Shown: positions 17,948 to 27,914, counted from the stretch's first letter. The stretch is 50,168 nt of DNA from Verrucomicrobiota bacterium (GCA_037134475.1 JBAXMD010000001.1:1-50168), one strand, 5' to 3'. Notes: generated from the sequence alone by a model not told the origin. Numbers and translations are program-made.

Positions 17948-20900
17948 ATGTACCTCAAGGAAATCGTCGCCAACGGATTCAAAAGCTTCGCCGACCGGAC
18001 CCGCATCGAGCTCCGTCCCGGGGTCACGGCCGTGGTCGGACCCAATGGCTGTGGCAAGTCCAACATCGTCGACGCCATCCGCTGGGTCCTGGGCGAACAG
18101 TCCGCCAAGTCCCTCCGCGCCCCGGCGATGCAGGACGTCATCTTCTCGGGTACTGACCGGCGTAAGCCCCTCCCGCAGTGCGAGGTCGAGCTGATCTTCG
18201 CCGATTGCGAAAAGGAACTGGGCACGGCCTTCGCCGAGGTCTCGGTCATGCGCCGCCTCCATCGCGAGGGCGCCAGCGACTATTTCATCAACGGCAAGCC
18301 TTCGCGACTTAAGGATATCCAGCGCCTGTTCATGGACACCGGCATCGGCCGTATGTCCTACTCGTTCATGGTGCAGGGCCAGATCGACCAGATTCTTTCT
18401 GCGAATCCTGCCGAGCGCCGCTACCTGTTCGAAGAAGCCGCCGGCATCACGCGCTATAAGGCCCAACGGCGCGAAGCCCTCAACAAGCTCAGTGGCGTCG
18501 ACACCAATCTCGCGCGCATCACCGATGTCGTCAGCGAAGTCGGTCGCCAAATCGCCACGCTCCGCCGTCAGGCCGCCAAGGCTCTCCGTTTTCGTCGCTT
18601 GCGTCACCGCTTCACGCACCTCGATCTCGCCTGGCATGCCAAGCAGTTCGGAGATCGCCGCACTCAGGTCACCGCGCTCGAGACCGACGCTGCCGCCTGC
18701 CGTGCCGACGTCGCGGGCCTCACCGATGGCCTCCGCGACCGCGAAGCCGCGCTGCTCCAGATGCGCGCACGCCGCACCGAACTAGCTGAGCAGGTCCAGC
18801 TCGCCCAGCAGGCCCTCTTCGATCTCCGCACCGCCCGTGAGAACGCTGAGAACGAAGCCCGCACTTCCGACCTCCGCTCCGACGATCTTTCCTCCCGCTT
18901 GGGCGAAATCCGCCGCGAAGCCCAGGAGGCTGAGCTCTCCATCGCCGAATTCGAGATGCGTCTGCGCGGCAGCTCCGACGCCAAGTCGACCGCCGCCGGT
19001 TCCGTCTCCGCCACCGATGCCGCCTATCGCGAGAAAACCGCGCAGGTCGAAGATGTCGCCCGTCAGGTCGTCGAGGCCGAGAACCTTCTCCGCCGCGCGC
19101 GTCAGGATATCCTCATCGCTGAAGGCGAGATGACCCGAGCTCGTGGCGACGTCACCAATCTCGAAGTCGATCTCCGCGGCTACCAATCCCGCCACGTCGA
19201 TCTTTCCGCTTCCCTTAGCCAGGCGAAACACGAACGCGAAGCTCACGAGCGCCGCGTCACCGAGTGCGGCGCCGTCGTCACGACGCGCCACGGCGAACTC
19301 CAGACCGCCCGCACCGCCGAACAGGAAGCGACCGAGAAAGGACGCGACCTGCTGAACGATTTCCGCGCGCTCCAGCAGACGATTTCCGAACAGGATCGCA
19401 AGGTCGCCAAGCTTTCCGCCCAGCTCGGCTTGCTCGAGCAGATGCAGTCGCGCCTCGAAGGCTTCTCCGAGGCCGCCAAGGCCGTGCTCCGTGGTGAATT
19501 CTCCGAAGAGCTCCGCACCGGCAAAGCTTCGGCCCTCGCCGACCTCGTCACGGTCGTCGACATCTCCGCCGCCGCCGCGCTTGAGAACATCCTCGGTGCC
19601 GCCTCCGAAGCCGTCGCCCTCGACTCCGCCGAATTCCTGCCCGGCATCGTCGCCAAGATGGGCGAACGCCAGTTGGGCCGTGCGGTCTTCCAAGTCGAAG
19701 CTCCGCCCGCTTCCCGCTCCGGTTCCGCCGCTCCCGGCTGGCTCCGTCCCGCCACCTCCGCCGTGCAGGCGAAGTCTCCGGACCACGCCCGCCTCGTCGC
19801 CAATCTTTTCGACGGCTGCTACGTCTGCCCATCCCTCGGTGATTTCATTAGCTGGTGGCGCGCTAACCCGGGCTTCGAATTCTTCCTCGTCGCGACCACC
19901 GACGGTGACCTCGTCGACCGTCGCGGCCTCGTCTACGCTGGCAAGCCCCGCAAGGCCGCCTCCAACGCCGGCTCTGGCGTCTTTTCTCGCGAAAGCGAAA
20001 TCCGTTCCGTCCGCGCCAGCCTCGAGTCGGAGAACGACCAGCTGACGACGCTCAACGAGAAGGCCCTTGGCATCCAGTCAGCGATGGACGCCAACGAGCT
20101 CGACGTCTCGTCCGCCCGTGACGCCACGCAGTTCGCCGCCCAGGAACTTTCCGTCGCCCAAGCCGACGAGCGCGCTGCCCGCCAGACGCTCACCGCCGCC
20201 GACGACCGTATCGCCCGCGAAGAGCGCCAGCTCGCTGAAATCGAGAACTCCAAGTCGGAAGCACTGCAGCGTCGCGACCGTGCCCAGGTGACCCTCACCG
20301 CGAAGGACACCCAGGTCGCTGAACTGCGTGCCACAATCACTTCCGGCGAAACGCAGCTCGAGTCCGCCCGCGCTGAATCCGACCTGCGTCGCAATGCCCT
20401 CGGTGAAGCCCGCCTCGCCCATGCCGAGCAGCGTCAACGTCTCGAACTCGTCGGCCGCGAACTGGCCGACCTCGAATCGCGCCGCGCCGAGGCCGTTGCC
20501 CGTCTGAATTCACGTCGCATCGAGGCCCAACAGAACGAGAAGCTGATTGGCGAACTGAAGGCTCAGGCTGGCCTCGCCCGTGAGACTTCGGGCCGCCTCG
20601 CTGGTGAGGTCGAGACTTCCAATACCGGGCTCACGGAGCTGCGCGGTTCGCTCAACGAGACCGACGCCTCCGTCGAATCCGAAGACCGTGTCCTCTCCGT
20701 CGATCGTGACCGCCTTCGCGTCGCTGATACTCGCCTCAAGGGGCTCGAAGTCTCGCTCGCCGAGCAGACATCGCAGTGCGGCTTCATCGTTGAGAAGATC
20801 CAGTCCGATCATCAGCTTGACGTCACCCAGGTCGACTGGCGCCTGCAGCTCTGGCTTTCCGACGGCGAACCCGAAGGCATTTCCAGTTTCGACGACCTCG

Positions 20901-21700
20901 AAGAGACCGATGAAGAAGGTTCCCGCCCGGCTCCGAAAGCCGTCGTCCGCCGCGGAGAACCCACTGCTGAAGACCTCGCCTCGATGGAGTCTGCCGACTG
21001 GCCGCCCCTCGTCCGCGAGATTGCCGAACTGCGCGACCGCATGGCCGGCATGGGCTCCGTGAATCTCGTCGCTGTAGAGGAATATTCCTCTCTGCGCGAC
21101 CGCCACGACTTCCTTACCAAGCAGAGCGATGACCTCTGGAAGGCCAAGGAAGAGCTCACCAAGGCGATCGAGGAGCTCAACCAGACCTCGCTCAAGCTCT
21201 TCACCGACACCTTCGAGCAGGTGCGCAAGAACTTCAAGTTTACCTTCGAGCGTCTCTTCGTCGGTGGTACCGCCGACCTTGCCATGGTCGTGGCCGAAGA
21301 CCCGCTTGAAAGCGGCATCGAGATCATCGCCCAGCCTCCGGGGACCAAGCTGCGCGGCATCTCGCTCCTTTCTGGTGGCCAGCGTACCATGACCGCCGTC
21401 GCGCTGCTCTTCGCCATCTACATGGTGAAGCCGTCGCCGCTGTGCGTGCTCGACGAGCTCGATGCTCCGCTCGACGACGCCAACGTGAACCGCTTCACGG
21501 ACATCATCCGCGAGTTTACCCGATTCTCCCAGTTCCTGGTGATCACGCATAATAAGCGTACCGTCTCGGCGGCTGACGCTATCTTCGGTGCGACCATGCA
21601 GGAGAAGGGCGTCACCCGTCTGTTCTCGATGCGCTTCAATAAGGAACGCGACGAGGCGGAGCCGAATCAGCCAGGTGGCGGGTTCACCATGGCCCGCTGA
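17948..21700 (+). CDS. smc: Chromosome segregation protein SMC
   Basis: N-terminal Walker A FKSF...GPNGCGKSN, long coiled-coil Glu/Arg/Ala-rich arms, a hinge, the C-terminal signature LSGGQRT and Walker B LCVLDELDAPLD. Confidence 0.95.
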   Translation: MYLKEIVANGFKSFADRTRIELRPGVTAVVGPNGCGKSNIVDAIRWVLGEQSAKSLRAPAMQDVIFSGTDRRKPLPQCEVELIFADCEKELGTAFAEVSVMRRLHREGASDYFINGKPSRLKDIQRLFMDTGIGRMSYSFMVQGQIDQILSANPAERRYLFEEAAGITRYKAQRREALNKLSGVDTNLARITDVVSEVGRQIATLRRQAAKALRFRRLRHRFTHLDLAWHAKQFGDRRTQVTALETDAAACRADVAGLTDGLRDREAALLQMRARRTELAEQVQLAQQALFDLRTARENAENEARTSDLRSDDLSSRLGEIRREAQEAELSIAEFEMRLRGSSDAKSTAAGSVSATDAAYREKTAQVEDVARQVVEAENLLRRARQDILIAEGEMTRARGDVTNLEVDLRGYQSRHVDLSASLSQAKHEREAHERRVTECGAVVTTRHGELQTARTAEQEATEKGRDLLNDFRALQQTISEQDRKVAKLSAQLGLLEQMQSRLEGFSEAAKAVLRGEFSEELRTGKASALADLVTVVDISAAAALENILGAASEAVALDSAEFLPGIVAKMGERQLGRAVFQVEAPPASRSGSAAPGWLRPATSAVQAKSPDHARLVANLFDGCYVCPSLGDFISWWRANPGFEFFLVATTDGDLVDRRGLVYAGKPRKAASNAGSGVFSRESEIRSVRASLESENDQLTTLNEKALGIQSAMDANELDVSSARDATQFAAQELSVAQADERAARQTLTAADDRIAREERQLAEIENSKSEALQRRDRAQVTLTAKDTQVAELRATITSGETQLESARAESDLRRNALGEARLAHAEQRQRLELVGRELADLESRRAEAVARLNSRRIEAQQNEKLIGELKAQAGLARETSGRLAGEVETSNTGLTELRGSLNETDASVESEDRVLSVDRDRLRVADTRLKGLEVSLAEQTSQCGFIVEKIQSDHQLDVTQVDWRLQLWLSDGEPEGISSFDDLEETDEEGSRPAPKAVVRRGEPTAEDLASMESADWPPLVREIAELRDRMAGMGSVNLVAVEEYSSLRDRHDFLTKQSDDLWKAKEELTKAIEELNQTSLKLFTDTFEQVRKNFKFTFERLFVGGTADLAMVVAEDPLESGIEIIAQPPGTKLRGISLLSGGQRTMTAVALLFAIYMVKPSPLCVLDELDAPLDDANVNRFTDIIREFTRFSQFLVITHNKRTVSAADAIFGATMQEKGVTRLFSMRFNKERDEAEPNQPGGGFTMAR

Positions 21701-21743
21701 GGTCGCTTGCATTGGGCGGTCCGAGGGTTAGCATGTCGGGGTC

Positions 21744-22853
21744 ATGCTCCGTCATCTCACCGCGCTTGTCCTCTTGCCGGCCATGGTTCTCGCCGGCGTC
21801 ACCTTCGAGTCCGATGTCCGCCCGATCAATCGAGCCGCGCCCGGCGCGAGCTACGCCGATATGCTGGCCCGCATCATGCCGGCGGTCGTCAGCATCCGCA
21901 CCGCCGAGGTCATTCCTCAGGCCGTCCTGGACCGCTACCGCGGTCGCATCGACAAGGACAAGGTCCTGAAGGATGAGAAGACCGGCGAGACGCTCATGCC
22001 GACCGGCCTGGGCTCTGGCACGATTATCCATCCTGAGGGCTACGTCATCACCAACCGTCACGTCGTGATGAAGTCCGACCGCGTCACCGTTTCCGATACC
22101 GTCATCGTGCAATTACAGGATCGCCGTGAATTCCGCGCCAGGGTGCTTGGCGTCGACGCCGGCAGTGACATCGCCGTGCTGAAGATCGAGGGACGTAACC
22201 TGCCCTTCGCCAAGTTCGCCGACAGCGAGAAAGCCCGCGTTGGCGATGTTGTCTTCGCCATCGGCAATCCGCTCGACGCCGGCATGACGGTTACCTCCGG
22301 TATCGTTTCCGCGCTCGGACGTTCGGGTAAGCAGGGGATGGGCATGGCGTTCGAGGATTTTATCCAGACCGACGCCGCCATCAATCCGGGCAATAGCGGC
22401 GGGCCCCTCATCGATTTCGAAGGCCGCCTGCTGGGCATGAATACCGCTATCAAATCCGGCACCGGAGGCAATATCGGCCTAGGCTACTCAATCCCATCCA
22501 ATCTCATTATTTCCGTCGCCTCCGATCTCGCGAACGGCGGCAAGGTGGTGCGCGGGCTCATCGGCGTGCAGGGCGAGGACCTTTCACTCGCTGAAGCCAC
22601 CAAGCTCAACCTTGGGAAGAATGGCGCCGTCCGCGTCTCGCTCATCAGCGATGGCCTGCCGGCTGCGAAGGCTGGGCTCAAGGTCGGCGACATCATCGTG
22701 GCCTTGGATGGCAAGCCGTTCGAGAACTGGAATGAGCTCCGTCTGGCGATCTCGCGACACAAGCCAGGCGAGACCCTGATGGTTAATTTCATCCGCGAGG
22801 GGCGTGGCTCGTTGGCACGCGTGACGGTCGCCGAGCGTACTCCTGACCGTTGA
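21744..22853 (+). CDS. Periplasmic serine endoprotease, HtrA/DegP/DegS family (trypsin-like plus one PDZ)
   Basis: Signal or anchor sequence, catalytic motifs VITNRHV, D.AVLKI and GNSGGPL, and a C-terminal PDZ (GLKVGDIIVALDGKP). Confidence 0.85.
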   Translation: MLRHLTALVLLPAMVLAGVTFESDVRPINRAAPGASYADMLARIMPAVVSIRTAEVIPQAVLDRYRGRIDKDKVLKDEKTGETLMPTGLGSGTIIHPEGYVITNRHVVMKSDRVTVSDTVIVQLQDRREFRARVLGVDAGSDIAVLKIEGRNLPFAKFADSEKARVGDVVFAIGNPLDAGMTVTSGIVSALGRSGKQGMGMAFEDFIQTDAAINPGNSGGPLIDFEGRLLGMNTAIKSGTGGNIGLGYSIPSNLIISVASDLANGGKVVRGLIGVQGEDLSLAEATKLNLGKNGAVRVSLISDGLPAAKAGLKVGDIIVALDGKPFENWNELRLAISRHKPGETLMVNFIREGRGSLARVTVAERTPDR

Positions 22854-22855
22854 GC

Positions 22856-23629
22856 ATGCGGGCGCTCTCCACATTCCGTAATCTGACCGGCGGCCGCATC
22901 CCGCCGCTGACTCGCACCGCGCTGCTTTGCGGTCTTGGCCTGTTCCTGCTTACCTTGCTCGTTTTCAAGCCAGGGGCGGGTGGCAACGATGCGGCGCAGC
23001 CCTTGACGAACGGGGTGCGCTTGGTGGCGCCGGGAGATGCCCGTACCGAAAGCGTCGTCCTACTCGATACCTCCGCCGTCTACTTTCCCTCCAAATCCGC
23101 CTTGGGCGGGGCAGGGCGTTCTGAGGTTGGGCAGCCCGAGGACGCGCCCTTTGCCAAGTCTGTGCCCGTCCTGCAGTTCGACCCCTCCCGCCCGCTTGGT
23201 AAGGAGTCCACCCTCCAGGTACCTCGTCGGGAAAGTCCTTCTCCCGTCAAGGCGATCCCCCTCGCTGAAACTGCCCCCTTCACAACTTTCGGGACTCAGC
23301 GCATTTCGGGCGAAGGGCTCCCCGCCCGCGCTGCTTTTTTTGAGATTTACCAAGTGGGTGGGGGGACTAAGCCTATTATTAGTGGGAATATTACCCATTT
23401 TAATGATAAAAAAGGAATTAAAAACGATTATTTATTAAAAAGTGCCCCATTTAAATCAGTATTTGAAGCAATTTTGAGTGTGGATTCCTTCGGAAAAGCT
23501 CCCCTCGGGAGTGAAGTGAGACTTTCCGGCTCAAAGGCCCTCGATGAGGCCATCCGGCGCTGGGTGTCTAGTACCGATTGGTCGGGGCAGCTTCCCCCAG
23601 GGGCGTACCGCCTGATCGTAGGCCCCTAG
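22856..23629 (+). CDS. Hypothetical membrane-anchored protein; the C-terminal part is loosely TonB-C-like (unverified)
   Basis: The ATG is 3 nt after the htrA stop. TM helix ALLCGLGLFLLTLLVF, a Pro/Ser-rich linker, and a C-terminal ...VRLSGSKALDEAIRRWV... Contains a striking low-GC in-frame segment (see findings). Confidence 0.5.
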   Translation: MRALSTFRNLTGGRIPPLTRTALLCGLGLFLLTLLVFKPGAGGNDAAQPLTNGVRLVAPGDARTESVVLLDTSAVYFPSKSALGGAGRSEVGQPEDAPFAKSVPVLQFDPSRPLGKESTLQVPRRESPSPVKAIPLAETAPFTTFGTQRISGEGLPARAAFFEIYQVGGGTKPIISGNITHFNDKKGIKNDYLLKSAPFKSVFEAILSVDSFGKAPLGSEVRLSGSKALDEAIRRWVSSTDWSGQLPPGAYRLIVGP

Positions 23630-23735
23630 GCGACCCCAGAAGGGGTGTAAAACCCTTGCAAAAATCCGCTTGACGGTGGGGTTTTCGATGGTCATTCAAA
23701 CCCTTCCCTTCGCGTCTTCAGTACGTTGACGGTTC

Positions 23736-23811
23736 GCCCCTGTAGCTCAGTTGGCAGAGCGCGTCCTTGGTAAGGACGAGGTCGCTGGTTCAATTCCAGT
23801 CGGGGGCTCCA
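23736..23811 (+). tRNA. tRNA-Thr (anticodon GGU), CCA encoded
   Basis: Manual cloverleaf: acceptor GCCCCTG/CGGGGGC, D arm GCTC/GAGC, anticodon stem CGTCC/GGACG with loop TTGGTAA, T arm GCTGG-TTCAATT-CCAGT. Canonical position upstream of tuf. Confidence 0.9.
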
Positions 23812-23858
23812 CCACTTTCCACACACCAACCTAAACCACCTCCTCACCACCAAAAACC

Positions 23859-25046
23859 ATGGCCAAAGAGAAGTTCAATCGCACCAAGCCTCACGTCAAT
23901 GTCGGCACCATCGGCCACATTGACCATGGCAAATCGACCACCACCGCCGCTATCGTGGCTGTGCAGGCCCGTCGTGGCCTGGCCGAGAACAAGTCCTACG
24001 CGGAAATCACCAAGGGTGGTACCGTCCGTGACGCCACCAAGACCGTGACCATCGCCGCCTCGCACGTTGAGTACGAGTCCATCAACCGTCACTACGCCCA
24101 CGTCGACTGCCCGGGCCACGCCGACTTCGTTAAGAACATGATCACCGGTGCCGCCCAGATGGACGGTGCGATCCTGGTCGTCTCCGCTGCTGACGGCGTC
24201 ATGCCCCAGACCAAGGAGCACATCCTCCTCGCCCGCCAGGTCGGCGTGCCGAAGATCGTCGTCTGGCTCAACAAGGTCGACCTTTCCGAGCCTGACCTGA
24301 TCGACCTCGTCGAGATGGAAGTCCGCGACCTCCTCAACAAGTACAACTACGAAGGCGACACCGCCAAGATCGTCCGTGGCTCCGCCACCGCCGCTCTCGA
24401 AGGTACTCCGGAAGGCGAACAGTCCATCCAGGACCTCCTCGCAGCCCTCGACACCGAAATCGCCGAGCCTAAGCGCGAAATCGACAAGCCCTTCATGATG
24501 GCCGTCGAAGACGTGTTCTCTATCACCGGTCGCGGCACCGTCGCCACTGGTCGTATCGAGCGCGGCGTTATCAAGGTCGGCGAAGAAATCGAAATCGTCG
24601 GTCTCCGCGACACCCTCAAGACCACCGTCACCGGCGTCGAAATGTTCCGCAAGGAACTCGATCAGGGCCAGGCTGGCGACAACGTCGGTCTCCTCGTCCG
24701 CGGCATCGAAAAGAGCCAGATTGAGCGTGGCCAGGTCCTCGCCAAGCCGGGTTCCATCAAGCCCCACACTGTGGCCAAGGCCCAGATCTACGTCCTCAAG
24801 CAGGATGAAGGTGGCCGCCACACTTCGTTCGCCAACAACTACCGCCCCCAGTTCTTCTTCGGAACTTGCGATGCCACCGGCACCGTGATCCTCCCGGAAG
24901 GCGTGGAAATGGTGATGCCCGGCGACAACGTCACGATCACGATCGAGCTGCAGAAGCCCGTCGCGATGGAAAAGGGCCAGCGCTTCGCTCTCCGCGAAGG
25001 TGGCAAGACCATCGGCGCCGGCCAGATCCTCGAAATCACCAAGTGA
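23859..25046 (+). CDS. tuf: Elongation factor Tu
   Basis: [32 protein letters not shown]..., [12 protein letters not shown]; 395 aa. Confidence 0.98.
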   Translation: MAKEKFNRTKPHVNVGTIGHIDHGKSTTTAAIVAVQARRGLAENKSYAEITKGGTVRDATKTVTIAASHVEYESINRHYAHVDCPGHADFVKNMITGAAQMDGAILVVSAADGVMPQTKEHILLARQVGVPKIVVWLNKVDLSEPDLIDLVEMEVRDLLNKYNYEGDTAKIVRGSATAALEGTPEGEQSIQDLLAALDTEIAEPKREIDKPFMMAVEDVFSITGRGTVATGRIERGVIKVGEEIEIVGLRDTLKTTVTGVEMFRKELDQGQAGDNVGLLVRGIEKSQIERGQVLAKPGSIKPHTVAKAQIYVLKQDEGGRHTSFANNYRPQFFFGTCDATGTVILPEGVEMVMPGDNVTITIELQKPVAMEKGQRFALREGGKTIGAGQILEITK

Positions 25047-25074
25047 TTTCCTGACCAAAAACGACCTACTACGG

Positions 25075-25115
25075 TGCCGAGGCCCCCTAAAAAGGGCCCC
25101 GGCATTTGTCTCTTT
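25075..25115 (+). terminator. Probable intrinsic terminator or attenuator after tuf
   Basis: TGCCGAGGCCC / GGGCCCCGGCA forms an 11-bp stem with one mismatch and an 8-nt loop. It is followed by the T-rich TTTGTCTCTTT. Confidence 0.5.
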
Positions 25116-25127
25116 AACCACCAGTAC

Positions 25128-25203
25128 AGGACGGTAGCTCAATTGGCAGAGTAGCGGTCTCCAAAACCGTTGGTTGTGGGTTCGACTCCCTCCCGTCCTG
25201 CCA
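25128..25203 (+). tRNA. tRNA-Trp (anticodon CCA), CCA encoded
   Basis: Manual cloverleaf: acceptor AGGACGG/CCGTCCT, anticodon stem GCGGT/ACCGT with loop CTCCAAA, T loop TTCGACT. One U-U mismatch in the T stem. Canonical position before secE-nusG. Confidence 0.85.
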
Positions 25204-25228
25204 CTCTCACCACATCACCACCAGCACC

Positions 25229-25435
25229 ATGTTCAGCTTCCTCGGACGCCTCCGCGCTTTCTGGAACGAGACCATCACCGAGGTCTTCGTCAAGGCTTCG
25301 TGGCCTACCGCCAAGGAGCTCGCCGACTCCACGCTGGTAGTCATCGCCGCCGTCGCCCTCCTGGGTGCCGTCGTCTTCCTCTGCGACTTCTCCCTTTCCA
25401 ATCTCGTCCAGTTCGCGACCAAGCTCGTTCGCTGA
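25229..25435 (+). CDS. secE: Preprotein translocase subunit SecE
   Basis: 68 aa. ...E..KV.WPT..E........V........V.F.D, with a single C-terminal TM. Position between tRNA-Trp and nusG. Confidence 0.85.
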   Translation: MFSFLGRLRAFWNETITEVFVKASWPTAKELADSTLVVIAAVALLGAVVFLCDFSLSNLVQFATKLVR

Positions 25436-25442
25436 TCCCACC

Positions 25443-26012
25443 ATGTCCTCTCCCTCTGATTTCCGCTGGTACACCCTCCAGACCCTCTCGAACAACGAGA
25501 GCAAGGTGAAGCGCCTGCTCGACAAGGCCATCAGGGACGAGGAGATGGGCGACTTCGTCGCCGAGATCCTGATGCCGGTCAAGACCGTCAAGGACTTCCG
25601 CAACGGCAAGAAGCGCGAGAGCGAGATGAAGCTCTACCCTTCGTACCTCTTCGTCCGCGCCCGCCTCTTCGACGACGAAGGCGCGCTGCTCGAAGCTCCC
25701 TGGAGTTTCCTCCGCAAGACTGACGGTGTCATCGGCCTCATCGGCGGACAGAACCCCGTCGCGCTCAAGACCGAGGAGATCAATACGATCCTCCAGCAGG
25801 TCGCCGACGCCGCGGACAAGGTCGTCCCAAAGATCACCTTCAACATCGGCGAACGCGTCAAGATCACCGACGGACCCTTCGCCAACCTCGCCGGCAACAT
25901 CGACAAGATCGACGCCGATCGCGGTAAGCTCGAGGTCTCCGTGGACATCTTCGGACGCTCCACCCCGGTCGAGCTCGAGTTCTGGCAGGTCGAACGCGAT
26001 GACCGCGACTGA
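25443..26012 (+). CDS. nusG: Transcription termination/antitermination factor NusG
   Basis: WYTLQT.SN.E.KVK..L NGN domain, and a C-terminal KOW ([22 protein letters not shown]). The ATG at 25443 was chosen. Confidence 0.93.
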   Translation: MSSPSDFRWYTLQTLSNNESKVKRLLDKAIRDEEMGDFVAEILMPVKTVKDFRNGKKRESEMKLYPSYLFVRARLFDDEGALLEAPWSFLRKTDGVIGLIGGQNPVALKTEEINTILQQVADAADKVVPKITFNIGERVKITDGPFANLAGNIDKIDADRGKLEVSVDIFGRSTPVELEFWQVERDDRD

Positions 26013-26047
26013 TTCCTTTTTCCAACCCAACCATCTCATCACCCACC

Positions 26048-26473
26048 ATGGCTAAGAAAGTCGTCGCCGAAATCAGGCTCCAGCTCCCCGCTGGCGCCGC
26101 TAACCCTGCTCCTCCTGTCGGCCCCGCGCTCGGCGCGAAGGGCGTCAACATCATGGCGTTCTGTAAGGAGTTCAACGCCAAGACCAAGGACCAGGCTGGC
26201 ATGATCCTCCCGGTCATCATCTCCGTCTACCAAGACAAGTCCTTCACTTTCATCCTGAAGTCCCCGCCCGCTTCCGTCCTTCTCAAGAAGGCTGCGAAGA
26301 TCGAGTCCGGCTCCAAGGTCCCGAACCGCGATAAGGTCGGCAAGGTCACCAAGAAGCAGCTCCTCGAAATCGTCGAGCTGAAGAAGAAGGACCTTAACGC
26401 CGTCAACCCCGACAACGCCGCCCGCATGATTGCCGGCACCGCGCGCTCGATGGGTATCGAAGTCATCGGTTAA
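26048..26473 (+). CDS. rplK: 50S ribosomal protein L11
   Basis: [41 protein letters not shown] is canonical L11. Confidence 0.97.
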   Translation: MAKKVVAEIRLQLPAGAANPAPPVGPALGAKGVNIMAFCKEFNAKTKDQAGMILPVIISVYQDKSFTFILKSPPASVLLKKAAKIESGSKVPNRDKVGKVTKKQLLEIVELKKKDLNAVNPDNAARMIAGTARSMGIEVIG

Positions 26474-26532
26474 TTTCACCCAACCCTAACCCAAACCCAA
26501 CCACTGCATCCCGCAGGAGACCAAAAGTCGCT

Positions 26533-27243
26533 ATGAGCAAAAAAACCAGCAAGCGTTACCGCGCCGCCCTCCAAGTCGCCGACCTGAAGGCCAAGTATGA
26601 CGTCAACCAGGCCACCGAGATCATCAAGAAGATGCCCGGTACCAAGTTCGACGAAACCGTCGAGATCTCCGCCTTCCTCGGCGTCGATCCCAAGCAGTCG
26701 GACCAGATGGTCCGCGGCACCGTCTCCCTCCCGAACGGTTCCGGCAAGAAGATCAAGGTCCTCGCCTTTACCGAGAACCCGGCCGAAGCCCTCGCCGCTG
26801 GCGCCGATTACGCCGGCCTTGCCGACCTGATTGCTAAGGTCAACGGTGGCTTCCTCGACTTCGACGTCGCCATCTCCACCGTCTCCGCGATGAAGGACGT
26901 CCGTCAGGTCGCCCGCGTCCTCGGTCCGAAGGGCCTTATGCCCAACCCGAAGTCGGGTACGGTCTCGGATGACATCCCGAAGACCATCAAGGAAGTGAAG
27001 GCTGGTCGCGTCGAATTCAAGATGGATAAGACCGGCAACATCGTGATCGTCATCGGCAAGAAGTCTTTCACCGCTGTCCAGCTGGTCGAGAACGCTCAGG
27101 CCGCCCTATCCGCCCTCGTTAAGGCCCAGCCTGCCGGCTTCGCCGGTGGCCGCTTCATCAAGTCGATCACCCTCAGCGCCAGCATGAGCCCCGGCGTCGC
27201 CGTCGACCTCAAGCCCTACTCGGCCGCCGTTGCGACCGCCTAA
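26533..27243 (+). CDS. rplA: 50S ribosomal protein L1
   Basis: SKRY......FDETVE......GVDP..SDQ.VRG...LP.G.GK, 236 aa, canonical position. Confidence 0.97.
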   Translation: MSKKTSKRYRAALQVADLKAKYDVNQATEIIKKMPGTKFDETVEISAFLGVDPKQSDQMVRGTVSLPNGSGKKIKVLAFTENPAEALAAGADYAGLADLIAKVNGGFLDFDVAISTVSAMKDVRQVARVLGPKGLMPNPKSGTVSDDIPKTIKEVKAGRVEFKMDKTGNIVIVIGKKSFTAVQLVENAQAALSALVKAQPAGFAGGRFIKSITLSASMSPGVAVDLKPYSAAVATA

Positions 27244-27272
27244 CCTAACCACGCAAACGAGAACCTACGAAC

Positions 27273-27761
27273 ATGCGCGCTGAAAAACAATTCCTCGTCG
27301 ACGAAGTCGCCGCCCAGCTGGCCAGCTCCAACTACCTGCTGCTCGCCAACTTCACCGGCGTCACCGTCGAGAATGCCACTTCCGTCCGTAATCAGCTCCG
27401 TGCCCACGGTGCCGAGTACCACGTCGTCAAGAACAGCATTCTTAACATCGCCGCCAAGCAGGCGAAACTCCCCGACATCTCGGCTCACCTGAGCGGCCAC
27501 ACCGCCCTCGTCACCGGCGGTAACAATCCGACCGGCGTCGCCAAGATCCTCGTCACCTTCTTCAAAGACTTCTCCAAGCTCGAAGTGAAGGGCGGCGTCC
27601 TCGACGCCAAGATCCTCACCAAGGCTGAAGTGGAATACCTGTCGAAGCTGCCGTCCCTCGACGGTATCCGCGCCCAGCTCCTCTCGCTGCTCTCTACTCC
27701 TGCCTCGCAGTTCGTCCGCCTCCTGGACGCCAAGCGCCAGAAGGACGAGCCGGCTGCCTAA
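27273..27761 (+). CDS. rplJ: 50S ribosomal protein L10
   Basis: MRAEKQFLVDEV.......NYLLLANF.G.TV.....LR..........VVKN. Position upstream of rplL. Confidence 0.95.
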   Translation: MRAEKQFLVDEVAAQLASSNYLLLANFTGVTVENATSVRNQLRAHGAEYHVVKNSILNIAAKQAKLPDISAHLSGHTALVTGGNNPTGVAKILVTFFKDFSKLEVKGGVLDAKILTKAEVEYLSKLPSLDGIRAQLLSLLSTPASQFVRLLDAKRQKDEPAA

Positions 27762-27914
27762 CCCCTTTCCTCGCGGAGGTGTCGCCATGTGGCGGCGTCC
27801 GAGCGGGGGGAATCCAAACCAAAAAACAACACACATCCAAAGAACCCCGGTTAGGGGCCTCGCGCCCTCAAATGTCCTTCATCGGACGCTAACCATTCAA
27901 GGAACCTAGATACC

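Noticed and set aside
23655-23735. Possible sigma70-type promoter (TTGCAA / TTGACG hexamers) upstream of tRNA-Thr/tuf.
   Set aside because: The -35-like hexamers are present, but I could not find a convincing -10 at 16-18 nt spacing, and promoter consensus for this lineage is uncertain. Not reported as a feature.
26541-26547. A7 run at the start of rplA (ATGAGCAAAAAAACC), considered as another slippery site.
   Set aside because: It encodes the normal Lys-rich L1 N-terminus (MSKKTSKR). It is shorter than the dnaX tract, and there is no biological rationale for alternative products.
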